This document shows positions 1 to 12,140 of a DNA stretch of 32,000 nt, in pieces. The notes below the pieces were generated by a model. That model ran no database searches and was not told the DNA's origin. It saw nothing but the letters and a program-made list of their open reading frames with translations. The stretch is taken from positions 1,309,460 to 1,341,459 of the forward strand of contig NC_000909.1 in the NCBI RefSeq assembly GCF_000091665.1, read 5' to 3'. Position 1 is the first letter of the stretch. Every line of letters begins with the position of its first letter. Both the position numbers and the translations under genes were made by a program. This DNA comes from Methanocaldococcus jannaschii DSM 2661. GTDB lineage: Archaea > AGJL01 > Methanococci > Methanococcales > Methanocaldococcaceae.

Positions 1-425
1 ATGTATAGGGTAGTGACTGAATCAATTCCTATCCTCTTAGCTCCAATATCATTTATAGCAGTTTTTAAAACGTCTATTAACTCTCTCTCATCATTTGGGT
101 CATTTACAACGTATTTTTCTCTTTTTGCAGCACTTCCTATTCCGTATGTAAAGGCATCGATTATAGCAAATTTTCCCTCTTCCTCTAACTTTCTAATATC
201 CCATCCAAACTGTCTCATATTCTCTCTAATTTGAACAGGATGTTCCTCCAAAGCTACTAAAATACTTGGTTCATTGTAATCAACAACCCCCTTGTATAAA
301 AATTGCTGACAGAATATGGATTTTCCAGTTCCAGGCCCTCCAGATAATAGAACAACATTCCTTTCAGGTATTCCACCGTGTAAGATTTCATCCATCCCAG
401 GAATTCCAGTTTTTACTCTTTTCAT
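1..425 (-). CDS. KaiC/RecA-superfamily ATPase (archaeal KaiC-like), partial at window edge
   Basis: Translated by hand from the reverse strand: [63 protein letters not shown]...GIDSVTTLY. It has a Walker A (GGPGTGKS) and the KaiC-type N-terminus. It is absent from the ORF track because it is open at the window edge. Confidence 0.92.
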   Translation of the reverse strand, partial: MKRVKTGIPGMDEILHGGIPERNVVLLSGGPGTGKSIFCQQFLYKGVVDYNEPSILVALEEHPVQIRENMRQFGWDIRKLEEEGKFAIIDAFTYGIGSAAKREKYVVNDPNDERELIDVLKTAINDIGAKRIGIDSVTTLY

Positions 426-485
426 GTTTTCACCTTTAGTAGTTATTGTTTTTAATTATTTTTAATTATTAATTAAGTAAGGAAG

Positions 486-785
486 CTAATCTCTCTCACT
501 AAATGACTTCATTTCCAATTTCTTTTCAGGGATGTCATCTAAGAACATTAATGAACCCTGTACCTCTACAGCACATATCTTTGATGGGTCAATAATGGTA
601 AATGACTTATTATCCATATTCCAAATTATTATTGGGTCTTTTTTTCCAGTCCATAGGTATTTTAATATGCCATTTTTTAAGTGTGTAACTGCGTCAAAAT
701 CATATTCACCTTCTATTGCATTACCTTCGAAATAGATTTTTACATACAATTTGTCTATTTTCCTTCTTGGCATACTCCCCCACAT
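486..785 (-). CDS. conserved hypothetical protein
   Basis: Intact 99-aa ORF directly upstream of the KaiC-like gene on the same strand. The start may be the internal Met (MPRRKIDK...). No recognised domain. Confidence 0.7.
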   Translation of the reverse strand: MWGSMPRRKIDKLYVKIYFEGNAIEGEYDFDAVTHLKNGILKYLWTGKKDPIIIWNMDNKSFTIIDPSKICAVEVQGSLMFLDDIPEKKLEMKSFSERD

Positions 786-890
786 AATTAAATTTGATTT
801 TATCTAACAAAATAATAATTTATTAATTAGCCATATTTATAAATATCCTATTCAATATTGCTACGGTGATACACTTTAACATGTGAGAAT

Positions 891-1769
891 ATGAGAGCTT
901 ATCCCATCAAAACAAGATACATAAAAAGGGGAGAAAATTTTATCCCAATTGTTGTTGAAGCAATAAAAAATAGTGGAATTAAATTAGAGGATGGAGATTT
1001 TGTAGTATTAAGTGAAAAGATGGTTTCAACTGCTGAGGGAAATTTTATTGATGAGAGTAAATTTAAACCAGGAGTTTTAGCTTATCTCTGCTATTATTGG
1101 TCTAAATATCTTTGGGGCTATGTGCTTGGAAAGTTATTGAAAGTTAAAGAAGATAAAATAAAAAATTTGAGAAGAATGCCAAAGGAAGAGACTTTAAAGC
1201 ATAAACAGACAATTATAGAAATAGTTGGATTAAGATATGCCTTAAAACCTTATGCTGAAGGAGGAGTTGATTTAACAAACGTCCCTGGGACTTATGCCTG
1301 TCCTCTCCCAAAAAATCCAAAAAAATGGGCTGAGGAGTTATATAAAGAGATAAAAAAAGAATTAGGTGTTGATGTTGTTGTTATGGTTGCCGATACTGAT
1401 GCTACTTATAGAGTTTTGAATTTCTATTTTACCGCTCTTCCCTATGCAATTGATGGAATAATAAGTGGTATTGGAGTTTTTGGTTTCATTCTTGGAAGGT
1501 TGGCAGATGTTTTAAAGATTGGTGGATTTGCTGGATGCACACCATTAGCAATAGCTGGAAATGAGGTATATAAAAAGTATTCTATTGGTGAGCTTACAAG
1601 GATAGCTTTTATTTGTGATAGAGTGCATAAAACAATAAAAAACATTAATGAAGTTTTAGAAAAATACAACACCTATGTTATAACTGAAGAGATTTTGGAA
1701 AAATTGGAGCATACTCCAGTAGTAGTTGTTAAAATTAAGGAAGAGTATAAACCAGAATCTCAAAGATAA
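891..1769 (+). CDS. coenzyme F420-0:gamma-glutamyl ligase-like protein (CofE-like fold)
   Basis: 292-aa ORF. The N-terminus (YPIKTRYIKRGENFIPIV...GDFVVLSEKMVSTAEGNFI) resembles the CofE family. Exact substrate is unknown. Confidence 0.75.
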   Translation: MRAYPIKTRYIKRGENFIPIVVEAIKNSGIKLEDGDFVVLSEKMVSTAEGNFIDESKFKPGVLAYLCYYWSKYLWGYVLGKLLKVKEDKIKNLRRMPKEETLKHKQTIIEIVGLRYALKPYAEGGVDLTNVPGTYACPLPKNPKKWAEELYKEIKKELGVDVVVMVADTDATYRVLNFYFTALPYAIDGIISGIGVFGFILGRLADVLKIGGFAGCTPLAIAGNEVYKKYSIGELTRIAFICDRVHKTIKNINEVLEKYNTYVITEEILEKLEHTPVVVVKIKEEYKPESQR

Positions 1770-1838
1770 TTTTTAAAATAATTATTATTGCTGTTTTAAG
1801 CATTTTCTCATAACTCATTAGATATTTTCTGAAATACT

Positions 1839-2807
1839 TTACCATCCAAGCAATGCAAATATAAAGCCAATAACACCAATTAGTGTTGCCACATAGGAGA
1901 TAGGATATATCTGTTTAAATAAAAGTACTGGCGAAAATGCCCTAACAAATGTGGCCAATATAGGGAATATCAAAGCTATAGCAAAGTTTTCAACTATTGT
2001 TATAGGATTCTCTATATCTGGAGCTATTCCTAAGTATAGAGTTGCAAATAAACTTCCTAAAGCTATTAACAAAAGTTCCTTACTTGCTAAATATAAAGCT
2101 CTATATTTTGCAATTAATTCCATTGTAGGACCTTCAATAACATCTGCCTTTGTGTGAGTTATTGAGAATGGATATTCTTTAATCATTATCACATATCCAA
2201 TGAAATAACACGCAGCTCCAAATATCCCAGCCAATGAGAATAAAAATGGTTCTCCAACAATATCTTTTAAGAATATACTCTTCTTTTGAACAAATGGCAA
2301 AAATGTTGCTAAATAAAATGGAAATGAACCTATAGTTATCATTTTAAAGCTTCTTACAGCTCCTAACTGCTCCAATGAAAGCTTTAAAGTTTTTATAAAC
2401 GGTGTGCCTTTGCATTCATCTATAAACGGCATTTTCCAGCCCATAATTGAAAATGCTAAAGAACCTAATATAACATACATCATCTCCTCCAACTTCAGCA
2501 ATCCAACAATACCAATCTCGTTAGATAATATATGGAAGGATGTTAATGATGTTATAGACAACAATGCCCACAACACAACTATAGACAACAAAGGCAGCAA
2601 ATTATATAGTTTTGGCAAATTTGCATCAGGAGCTTTTGTCTCTTTAAATAAAAACTTAAAAAATGCCCAAAATCCTGGGGCTAATATACTCGGCCCTATT
2701 CTTTGTTGTATCCTTGCCTCTATCTTTCTCTGAATTCCCGGAATATATGTAGAGATTGCAAATGCTAAAGCCGGAATGCCAATTATGGATATTAGCTCAT
2801 CAATCAT
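1839..2807 (-). CDS. ehbO: energy-converting hydrogenase B subunit O (NuoH-like membrane subunit)
   Basis: 322 aa, multiple TM segments, NuoH-like motifs (QQRIGPSILAPG, ADVIEGPTMELIAKYRA). Strand checked from the sequence: ctcatcaatcat at 2796-2807 is the reverse complement of ATGATTGATGAG. Confidence 0.85.
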   Translation of the reverse strand: MIDELISIIGIPALAFAISTYIPGIQRKIEARIQQRIGPSILAPGFWAFFKFLFKETKAPDANLPKLYNLLPLLSIVVLWALLSITSLTSFHILSNEIGIVGLLKLEEMMYVILGSLAFSIMGWKMPFIDECKGTPFIKTLKLSLEQLGAVRSFKMITIGSFPFYLATFLPFVQKKSIFLKDIVGEPFLFSLAGIFGAACYFIGYVIMIKEYPFSITHTKADVIEGPTMELIAKYRALYLASKELLLIALGSLFATLYLGIAPDIENPITIVENFAIALIFPILATFVRAFSPVLLFKQIYPISYVATLIGVIGFIFALLGW

Positions 2808-2875
2808 AACCTATCCCTCACTAAAGAAATTTTACAAACATAAATCATTCTCACTCATAAAATTTTATAAAAACC

Positions 2876-3331
2876 TCATTTTCCTTCGATAACCTTAGGT
2901 AGAGCTTTAACTATCCCAGCAATAATATCCTCTGGTCTTGGGGCACAGCCAGGCACTTTAACATCAACTGGAATAATGTTTTCAACAGGTCCTGCAACAA
3001 AATCTGAAGTTCCTAAATCTCCTCCAATGTTTTTATAAACTCCTCCCATCAATGCGCAAGCTCCTACAGCAACAACTGCCTTTGGTTCTGGAATCTTCTC
3101 ATAAATTTTTCTTAATGATTCTGCAACAACTTTAGTAACACAACCAGTAACAACTAAAATATCTGCCTCTCTTGGATTAAATGTTAAAAAAACATTATAC
3201 TGCTCAGCATCATAAAATGGAGAGAATATAGCATTAACAACTTCAATATCACAAGCGTTACATCCACCAGTATAAACAAGCATTACATGAATACACTTCT
3301 TCCTTGCGATTTTTTTAATCATCACTGTCAC
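2876..3331 (-). CDS. ehbM: energy-converting hydrogenase B subunit M (NuoB/small-subunit-like, Fe-S)
   Basis: 151 aa with [24 protein letters not shown] and [11 protein letters not shown], typical of NuoB-like [NiFe]-hydrogenase small subunits. Confidence 0.87.
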   Translation of the reverse strand: MTVMIKKIARKKCIHVMLVYTGGCNACDIEVVNAIFSPFYDAEQYNVFLTFNPREADILVVTGCVTKVVAESLRKIYEKIPEPKAVVAVGACALMGGVYKNIGGDLGTSDFVAGPVENIIPVDVKVPGCAPRPEDIIAGIVKALPKVIEGK

Positions 3332-3705
3332 CAGTAATTTATCATTATCATTAATGACAAATAGTGATGTATAAAATATAAATAGATTATGCTTTATTGA
3401 GAATTTTAATATGCATAATAGATTTTTTAATTTAATTTCTTGCTTCTTGTGAGCATAGCGAACAGGTTTTAGAAATCTTTCGGATTTTTAAGATTATAAG
3501 TAGGTTGTTTGATTTTGGTATTGGAAAATTAATAAAAAGTATTACTAATTTTTCAATTTTAAAGTTTTATTTTTAAGAGAATTTATGAGTTTGTTTTTAT
3601 TTTGTATGTTTTAGGGTTCGAAATAGTTTTTAATTTTCTATATCTTGTATTGTAAAAACGAAAACTATATATATACCTTATACCCAATTAGTGTTTGCTT
3701 TTATT

Positions 3706-3790
<85 letters not shown>

Positions 3791-3967
3791 TCATCTATTT
3801 TAGAGTTAAAAAATTACCCAAGAAAGTTAAAAATTCCTTTAGGTTATTTTTTCTGTGGAACTAATTCCTGTGAATTTTCAAGTCTTTTTATGAAAAATAT
3901 TTCAACCAAAGAGTCTTTTTTTAAATTTAAGTTTAATAATAGAAGTTTATATTGTTGGGGTGCTTTT

Positions 3968-5158
3968 ATGAAACTTAGAATGAAGCCAGAGGATTTTATC
4001 GTTGAAGAAATTATTGATTTTAATAAAATAGCTGGAGATAGATGCTACCTTTATAAATTAACAAAGAGAAATATAGAGAGTTTGAAAGCATTCTCTTATA
4101 TTGCAAAAAAATTTAAAATTCCATTGAAGGATATTGGATACTGTGGATTAAAAGATAGGCATGCTTTAACTACTCAATATATATCTATACCAAAAAAATA
4201 TGGAAAATTAAGCTTAGATGAACCAAATTTAAAATTAGAGTTAATCGGAGAATCAAAATTTCTATTGTTGGGAGATTTAGAGGGAAATAGATTCACAATA
4301 ACAGTTAGGGGTTTAAAAAAAGAAGACATCCCAAAAATAAAAGAAAATTTAAAATACTTAGAATTTGGAGCTCCAAATTATTTTGATAGTCAGAGATTTG
4401 GAAGCGTTTTTGATAAAAAATTCATTGCCAAAGAAGTTATAAAAGGCAATTATGAAGAAGCTGTGAAAATATTGCTAACGAAATATAAAAAATCTGAAAA
4501 GAAATTAATAAAAGATTTAAAGAGATTTATAGATAAAAACTGGGGAGATTGGGATAAAATTTGGGAGTATATTAAGGAAAATAATATAAAGTCAAGATTA
4601 TATGTGAATATGGTTAAAGAGCTTAAAAAAAGCAATGATTATAAAAAAGCTTTAAGTTATGTTGATGATAGGCTGAAGAAAATTTTTGTTGCTGCTTATC
4701 AAAGCTATCTATGGAATGAGTGTGTAAAAGAGTTATTAAGAAAATATGTTCCAGAAGAAGATAGGGTTTATTATGAATATGAATGTGGAACCCTTATGTT
4801 CTATAAAAAAATGGATGAGGAAGTGTTTAATATATTGAAAGATAAAAAATTTCCAACAATAGCTCCAGACATTGAATATAGTGGAGAAGAAAAAGAAATT
4901 ATTGAAGAAATCTTAAAGAGAGAAGGCCTTACTATGGAAGAGCTAAATAATATAGGAGAGTTAGGGAAGTTCATATACAGTGAAAGAAAGATTCTTTCAA
5001 TCCCTAAAAACTTAAAAATTGGAGAGTTTGAAGAGGATGAATTGAATAAAGGAAAATATAAAATAACTTTAAGCTATGAATTGGAAAAAGGAAGTTATGC
5101 AACAATTATAATAAAAAGGGCTTTCTTAGGTGTAAAAACTAAAAAAAGAAAAAGATAA
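3968..5158 (+). CDS. truD: tRNA pseudouridine(13) synthase TruD
   Basis: MKLRMKPEDFIVEEI...GYCGLKDRHALTTQ...NYFDSQRFGS is typical of TruD. The track ORF starting at 3695 reads through the tRNA; the in-frame ATG at 3968 is the sensible start. Confidence 0.93.
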   Translation: MKLRMKPEDFIVEEIIDFNKIAGDRCYLYKLTKRNIESLKAFSYIAKKFKIPLKDIGYCGLKDRHALTTQYISIPKKYGKLSLDEPNLKLELIGESKFLLLGDLEGNRFTITVRGLKKEDIPKIKENLKYLEFGAPNYFDSQRFGSVFDKKFIAKEVIKGNYEEAVKILLTKYKKSEKKLIKDLKRFIDKNWGDWDKIWEYIKENNIKSRLYVNMVKELKKSNDYKKALSYVDDRLKKIFVAAYQSYLWNECVKELLRKYVPEEDRVYYEYECGTLMFYKKMDEEVFNILKDKKFPTIAPDIEYSGEEKEIIEEILKREGLTMEELNNIGELGKFIYSERKILSIPKNLKIGEFEEDELNKGKYKITLSYELEKGSYATIIIKRAFLGVKTKKRKR

Positions 5159-5248
5159 ATTAAACAATTAATAGTTAGTGTTAAATATTTAAAGGCACAA
5201 TTTAATAATAATTTCTACAAAAATATCAACGACACTTTTTACAAATAG

Positions 5249-6442
5249 ATGGTGATTATTTTGAGACATGTTAGAGTATTTAATGGAGTTAATGAATGTG
5301 ATATCTATTTAATTGGAACTGCTCATGTTTCAAAGGATAGTATTGAAGAAGTAGAAAAAATTATATCATCTGTCTCTCCAGAAGGAATTGCAGTAGAGCT
5401 TGATGATAGAAGATTTTTCTCATTAATTACAAATGAAGAGAAAAAAGTGGATTTAAAAAAAGTATTAAAGGAAGGGAATTTTTTAAAATTTTTCATATAT
5501 TTAATTTTAGCTAATTCTCAAAAGAAGATAGGGGAGAGTTTTGGAATAAAGCCAGGTAGTGAGATGAAAAAAGCTATAGAAATAGCAAGCAAATATGGAT
5601 TGCCAATATATCTAATTGATAGGGATATAGATATCACTTTATCAAGATTAATGGATAGAATGACATTTAAAGAAAAAATGAAGATTTTTTGGGAGCTATT
5701 AAATTCTGATGAGGAAGATTTGGAATTAGATGATGATTTATTAAACGATATGGTTAAAAATCCTGAAAAATTTATTAAATTGCTAAAGGAGATATCTCCA
5801 ACAATATATGAGGTCTTAGTAGATGAAAGAGATAGATTCATGGCTAAAAGGTTATTTGAATTGAGTAAGAATAAAAATTCTTTGGTGGCAGTAGTTGGAG
5901 CGGGACATGTTGAGGGAATTGTAAGATATTTAAAAAAGCTTGAAAATGGAAATGATATTGATTTAATGGAATTAATAAAGGTAAAAAAGAGAAAAAAATC
6001 ATTAAAAAAGCTTTTAACATATGGTATTTCATTGACTATAATTAGCATCTTTTTGTATATGATATGTTACGCCCTAAATAATCCAGAATTATTAAAGATG
6101 ATTACTTTTCAATGGATATTATTTACTGGGGGCTTATCTGCCTTGGGAGTTTTATTGGCAAGAGGGAAGTTGATAACTGCATTAGTTGCCTTTCTATCAG
6201 CCCCTATAACTACTCTCGTCCCATTACCATTAGCGGCTGTGGGGACGATAGCTGGACTTGTAGAGTTAAAGTATAGAGAGATAACAGATAAAGATTTAGT
6301 GGGAATAATAAATGCTGAATCAATTAAAGAGCTCTTAAACAACAATTTATTTAGAGTCTTGTTAGTTGCCACTCTCTCAAATTTAGGGGCATCTATTGGT
6401 GTATTTTATTGCTTAGGAAAGTTTATTGGGTTTTTAGGATAA
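5249..6442 (+). CDS. TraB/PrgY family membrane protein
   Basis: 397 aa: YLIGTAHVSKDSIEEVEKII...GIAVELDDRR, AVVGAGHVEGI, C-terminal TM segments. These are TraB-family hallmarks. Confidence 0.9.
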   Translation: MVIILRHVRVFNGVNECDIYLIGTAHVSKDSIEEVEKIISSVSPEGIAVELDDRRFFSLITNEEKKVDLKKVLKEGNFLKFFIYLILANSQKKIGESFGIKPGSEMKKAIEIASKYGLPIYLIDRDIDITLSRLMDRMTFKEKMKIFWELLNSDEEDLELDDDLLNDMVKNPEKFIKLLKEISPTIYEVLVDERDRFMAKRLFELSKNKNSLVAVVGAGHVEGIVRYLKKLENGNDIDLMELIKVKKRKKSLKKLLTYGISLTIISIFLYMICYALNNPELLKMITFQWILFTGGLSALGVLLARGKLITALVAFLSAPITTLVPLPLAAVGTIAGLVELKYREITDKDLVGIINAESIKELLNNNLFRVLLVATLSNLGASIGVFYCLGKFIGFLG

Positions 6443-6462
6443 AAAATTAAAAATTTTAAAAA

Positions 6463-8227
<1,765 letters not shown>

Positions 8228-8228
<1 letters not shown>

Positions 8229-8977
8229 TATCTCCCTCTCATCCTCCCAAACATCCTTAGTAATGCAAACAACGCTATGCTAATCAAAATCATTCCAACA
8301 GATATTGGTTTTGAAGCATCTAATCCAAAGCTCATAAATCTTTCATATATTAAGATAGGAACTGTTTTTGGATAATATGCTATTATCAATATTGCTCCAA
8401 CCTCACTAATTCCTCTTGCAAAACTCAAAATAATCCCAGAGATGATATTATTTTTTATCAATGGGAGAGATATTTCAAAAAACGTCCTTATCTTTGAAGC
8501 CCCCAAGGTTCTTGAGACATACTCAATCTCTTCATCAACACTTAAAAAGCCATCTCTTATACTATTAACCATAAAAGGTATGCCAACAAATAGATAGACA
8601 GTAACAATCCCCCAAAAGTTATCAACTACATATCTACCAATAAAATTTATAATATCAATACCATAAATGAAGGATAGGATTATGATACCTATAACGCTGT
8701 GAGGAATTGCCATCGGTAAATCTAAAACAGCCTCAACAAAGCTTTTAAATTTAAAATCATACCTTGCCAAAATATAGCCAGTTGGTATTCCAAAAATTAG
8801 AGCTATTAGAGTAGCAACAGCTCCAGCTAATAGAGTAGTTTTAAACGCCTCTATAACCTCTTTATCCAACAATTGGTTTAAATCTCCGGGATTTGATAGC
8901 ATATAAATAATTGGTAAAAATATGAATAAGAATATCATTACCAAAAACACTGTCATCGCAATATCGAACTTCTCCAT
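8228..8977 (-). CDS. wtpB: molybdate/tungstate-type ABC transporter permease
   Basis: 249 aa, about 6 TM, EAA-like loop ([33 protein letters not shown]). Its first codon region touches the ATP-binding gene. Confidence 0.85.
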
Positions 8978-9114
8978 GCCTATCCCTAATCAATCTTAAT
9001 CATTTTTAAGGTAATTAAATTACCTAATTATATAAAATTTGTGTTAAACAAAATTGATGACATTTGATAGTATAATATTTTCATTAAAAATTTATTAAAA
9101 TGAGGGATATAGTT

Positions 9115-9567
9115 ATGACATATTGGCTCTTTAGCTCTAACAATATAAGAAATATTGAAATCTGCTATAATCATATGATTTGGGGATTTTGGGATAGAAA
9201 CGCTGGAGAGAAACAGAAAAAGAATTGGAGAAGTTTTATAAGAAAATATAACCAAATAAAACCTTTTGATGTTGCCGTTTTCCAAATTGCAAAAACCGGA
9301 GAGATTCATGCTATTGGAGTTATAAAAGAGACATATTATGATGACCAAACACCAATATGGGACAATGAAATAAACTTAAATAAAGTTACTTTCCCTTGGA
9401 GAGTATCATTTTCAGTAATAATTTTCTCAAAAGAGGCTGTAATAAAAAGATTTATAAAAATACAAGATTATATTGATGGATATGGTTTGGGAGAACTTGA
9501 ACATCATGATTTTAATGAAATTTTAAAAGCCTTTCAAAAGAAATTTGGAATGATTTCTATAAAATAA
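9115..9567 (+). CDS. hypothetical protein, possibly PUA/EVE-like fold
   Basis: In-frame ATG at 9115 (MTYWLFSSNNIRNIEICYNHMIWGFWDRN...FDVAVFQIAKTGEIHAIGVIKE). The track start at 9100 lies inside a probable RBS (gaggga). Fold assignment is inference from the YWLF...W...GVI pattern. Confidence 0.75.
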   Translation: MTYWLFSSNNIRNIEICYNHMIWGFWDRNAGEKQKKNWRSFIRKYNQIKPFDVAVFQIAKTGEIHAIGVIKETYYDDQTPIWDNEINLNKVTFPWRVSFSVIIFSKEAVIKRFIKIQDYIDGYGLGELEHHDFNEILKAFQKKFGMISIK

Positions 9568-9596
9568 AGAGAATTGCATAAATTATTGGTGAAACT

Positions 9597-10583
9597 ATGA
9601 TAACCGTTGGAATAGACCATGGAACGTCGGGAATAACTACATGCATAAAAGATAATGATAAAAAGATAATATTTAAACTAAAGAGAACAGAACTCAAAGA
9701 AAAATCTTACTTAGAGGAGTTGGAGAAACATATTTCATTGGAAGATATTGATTTGATTGCTTTAACTTACTCAATGGGAGATGGGATAAACAAAATCCTA
9801 CCAATAGAAAAAGTGAAAAATAGAGGAGTTTTAAGTATTGAAGGAGCTGGAGAAAAGGTTGGAGGAGGAACAAAGGTTTATGATGAGATTAAAGAATCTG
9901 GATTGCCAGCTGTTGTTATTCCAGGATTGCATAGAGGAATAGAATGCTTAGATGAGAGGTTTAGAGCTTTATACTCCCATATAGCATCTCCAGAAAAGGT
10001 TTCTATAGCTTATTATGCATATAAATTATTTGGATTTAATGATTTTGTTTTATCCGATATATCCTCAAATACTGTAACTTTATTAATAAAAGATGGTAAG
10101 ATTTTTGGAGGATTTGATGCGTGTATTGGAGCTATTGGAATGTTACATGGCCCTATAGATTTAGAAATGATTAGAGATATAGATGCTGGAAAAATTACAG
10201 CAAATGAAGCATTTTCAAAGGCAGGGGCTGTTAAAATAGCCAAGCTCTATAAAGGTGTTGAAAATACAAAAGAAGAGATAATTAACAACTATTTTAATGA
10301 TGAAAATTGTAGATTGGCAGTTGATAGCTTAATTTTAAGTGTCTCTATGGAGATAAATAGCTTATTACCTTTATTGGATAAAAATAAAAGAAGAGTGGTT
10401 TTAGCAGGTTCTATAGGGACTTTAAGGAATCCGATAGATATTCCAAAAAGAATTAAAGAGTTTGTTGAGGCAAAGATATTTGTCTTATATGGAGAAAGTG
10501 GGGCTATTGGGGGGGCTTTGATAGCAGAGGATATTTTAAAAGGGAAGAGAGATATTTTAGGAATAGAAGTGGAGTTTAAGTGA
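9597..10583 (+). CDS. methanogenesis marker protein 12 (UPF0285, ASKHA-like ATPase fold)
   Basis: 328 aa: MITVGIDHGTSGITTCI, GAGEKVGGGTKVYDEI, HRGIECLDERF...LSDISSNTVTLLIKDGKIFGGFDACIGAIGMLHGP. Confidence 0.88.
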   Translation: MITVGIDHGTSGITTCIKDNDKKIIFKLKRTELKEKSYLEELEKHISLEDIDLIALTYSMGDGINKILPIEKVKNRGVLSIEGAGEKVGGGTKVYDEIKESGLPAVVIPGLHRGIECLDERFRALYSHIASPEKVSIAYYAYKLFGFNDFVLSDISSNTVTLLIKDGKIFGGFDACIGAIGMLHGPIDLEMIRDIDAGKITANEAFSKAGAVKIAKLYKGVENTKEEIINNYFNDENCRLAVDSLILSVSMEINSLLPLLDKNKRRVVLAGSIGTLRNPIDIPKRIKEFVEAKIFVLYGESGAIGGALIAEDILKGKRDILGIEVEFK

Positions 10584-10588
10584 TAATT

Positions 10589-11314
10589 ATGTATGCTATA
10601 GGCATAGGAGACAATAAAGAAGAAGTTTTGAAGGCTTATGAAAAATTAAAAGAAGAAGGAATAGAGGTTGAATTAATTGACAATCCAAAACTTTTAGTAG
10701 ATAAACTATTGGATGGAGAGATAGATGGGGCTGTTAGGGGATCTTTATCTTCATCAAAAGTAATTCTCTATTTAAGAGAAAGAATAGGAAAATTTTATAG
10801 GGCATCAATTTTAAAGAATCCCTTTACTAATGGAATCTTTTTACTATCTCCAGTAGGGATTGATGATATATCAGAAGACAAAAATGAGAGAATAAAAGAT
10901 AAAATAAGGATTATAGAATTTGCATCTAACTTTTTAAAAAATTATAATATTAAAGCAAAAGTTGCAGTCCTTTCTGGAGGAAGATTAGGAGATTTAGGAA
11001 GGAATAAAGTAGTGGATGAAACAATATATGAAGCTGAGGAAATAGTTGAGCATTTTAAAGGAAATGTGGATATTATACATAATGGTATATTAATAGAGGA
11101 ATATTTAAAAGATGGATACAATATTATTATAGCTGTAGATGGAATTACTGGAAATTTAATTTTCAGATGTTTAGGTTTGATTTGCAAAATTCCTGGTTAT
11201 GGGGCAGTTATTTTATCAGATAAAAATGTCAATTTTATTGATACAAGTAGAAACGCTAATTGGGAGAGATACTATAACGCTATTAAATTCCTAATAGGTG
11301 GGGATTTTGGGTAA
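10589..11314 (+). CDS. methanogenesis marker protein 4 (phosphotransacetylase/Mtx-like)
   Basis: MYAIGIGDNKEEVLKAYEKLKEEG...DGAVRGSLSSSKV...LSGGRLGDLGRN. The 10580 start in the track is an alternative that would overlap the upstream stop. Confidence 0.87.
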   Translation: MYAIGIGDNKEEVLKAYEKLKEEGIEVELIDNPKLLVDKLLDGEIDGAVRGSLSSSKVILYLRERIGKFYRASILKNPFTNGIFLLSPVGIDDISEDKNERIKDKIRIIEFASNFLKNYNIKAKVAVLSGGRLGDLGRNKVVDETIYEAEEIVEHFKGNVDIIHNGILIEEYLKDGYNIIIAVDGITGNLIFRCLGLICKIPGYGAVILSDKNVNFIDTSRNANWERYYNAIKFLIGGDFG

Positions 11315-12140
11315 GATAAAAAACAAATTAAAGAGTATTGGAAAAAGAGTAATAATTGATTTTTATAGATTTTTAGACAACTCCGGAGTTTTAAAAATTT
11401 ACGAGAAGATTTTAGAAGAGGCTATTGATAAAGACAATTTACCAAAACATGTAGCTATAATAATGGATGGAAATAGAAGGGCTGCAGAGATTTATGGAAA
11501 AGATAGATACTACGGGCATTACTTGGGGGCTGAGAAGGTTAGAGAAGTCTTAAGATGGGCAAGGGATTTGGGCATAAATGTTGTTACTCTATATGCCTTT
11601 TCTACTGAAAATTTTAGAAGACCTAAGGAAGAAGTTGATAAATTAATGGAATTATTTGAAAAAAAGTTTTACGAGATTGCAGATGATGAAGAAATTCATA
11701 GATATGAAGTTAGAGTTAGAGCAATTGGTAGAATTAATCTATTGCCAAAAAATGTTCAAAAAGCAATAAAATACGCTGAAGAGAGAACAAAAAACTACAA
11801 CAAATTTTTTGTTAATATTGCAATAGCTTATGGAGGACAGCAAGAAATAATAGATGCTGTAAAAAAGATAGCTGAAAAGGTTAAAAGAGGAGAAATAGAA
11901 CCAGAAGATATTGATAAAGAGTTAATAGATAAACATTTATACACAGCAAATTTGCCATTTCCAAATCCTGATTTGATTATCAGAACTTCTGGGGAGGAAA
12001 GAATTAGTAATTTTTTAATTTGGCAGAGCTCTTATTCAGAGCTGTATTTTTGTGATATATATTGGCCGTTATTTAGAAGAGTGGATTTTCTAAGGGCGGT
12101 TAGAGATTACCAAAGAAGACAGCGGAGGTTTGGAAAATGA
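11298..12140 (+). CDS. uppS: isoprenyl diphosphate synthase (cis-prenyltransferase, UppS family)
   Basis: GTG start. AIIMDGNRRAAEIYG, GHYLGAEKVREVLRWARDLGI, TLYAFSTENFRRP, DLIIRTSGEERISNFLIWQSSYSELYF. Confidence 0.95.
   Translation: MGILGKIKNKLKSIGKRVIIDFYRFLDNSGVLKIYEKILEEAIDKDNLPKHVAIIMDGNRRAAEIYGKDRYYGHYLGAEKVREVLRWARDLGINVVTLYAFSTENFRRPKEEVDKLMELFEKKFYEIADDEEIHRYEVRVRAIGRINLLPKNVQKAIKYAEERTKNYNKFFVNIAIAYGGQQEIIDAVKKIAEKVKRGEIEPEDIDKELIDKHLYTANLPFPNPDLIIRTSGEERISNFLIWQSSYSELYFCDIYWPLFRRVDFLRAVRDYQRRQRRFGK

Noticed and set aside
1442-1672. Short antisense ORFs (for example 1442-1672, 2404-2733, 5518-6048, 7465-7950, 10013-10243, 10942-11187, 17894-18136, 21125-21382, 26322-26579, 26979-27431, 30770-31285, 31682-31924)
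   Set aside because: All lie opposite strongly conserved coding regions, have low-complexity Ser/Ile/Phe-rich composition and match no known family; typical shadow ORFs in AT-rich genomes.
9028-9348. Minus-strand 106-aa ORF overlapping the 9115-9567 gene
   Set aside because: It is a shadow of the plus-strand gene, which has an RBS and better protein-like composition.
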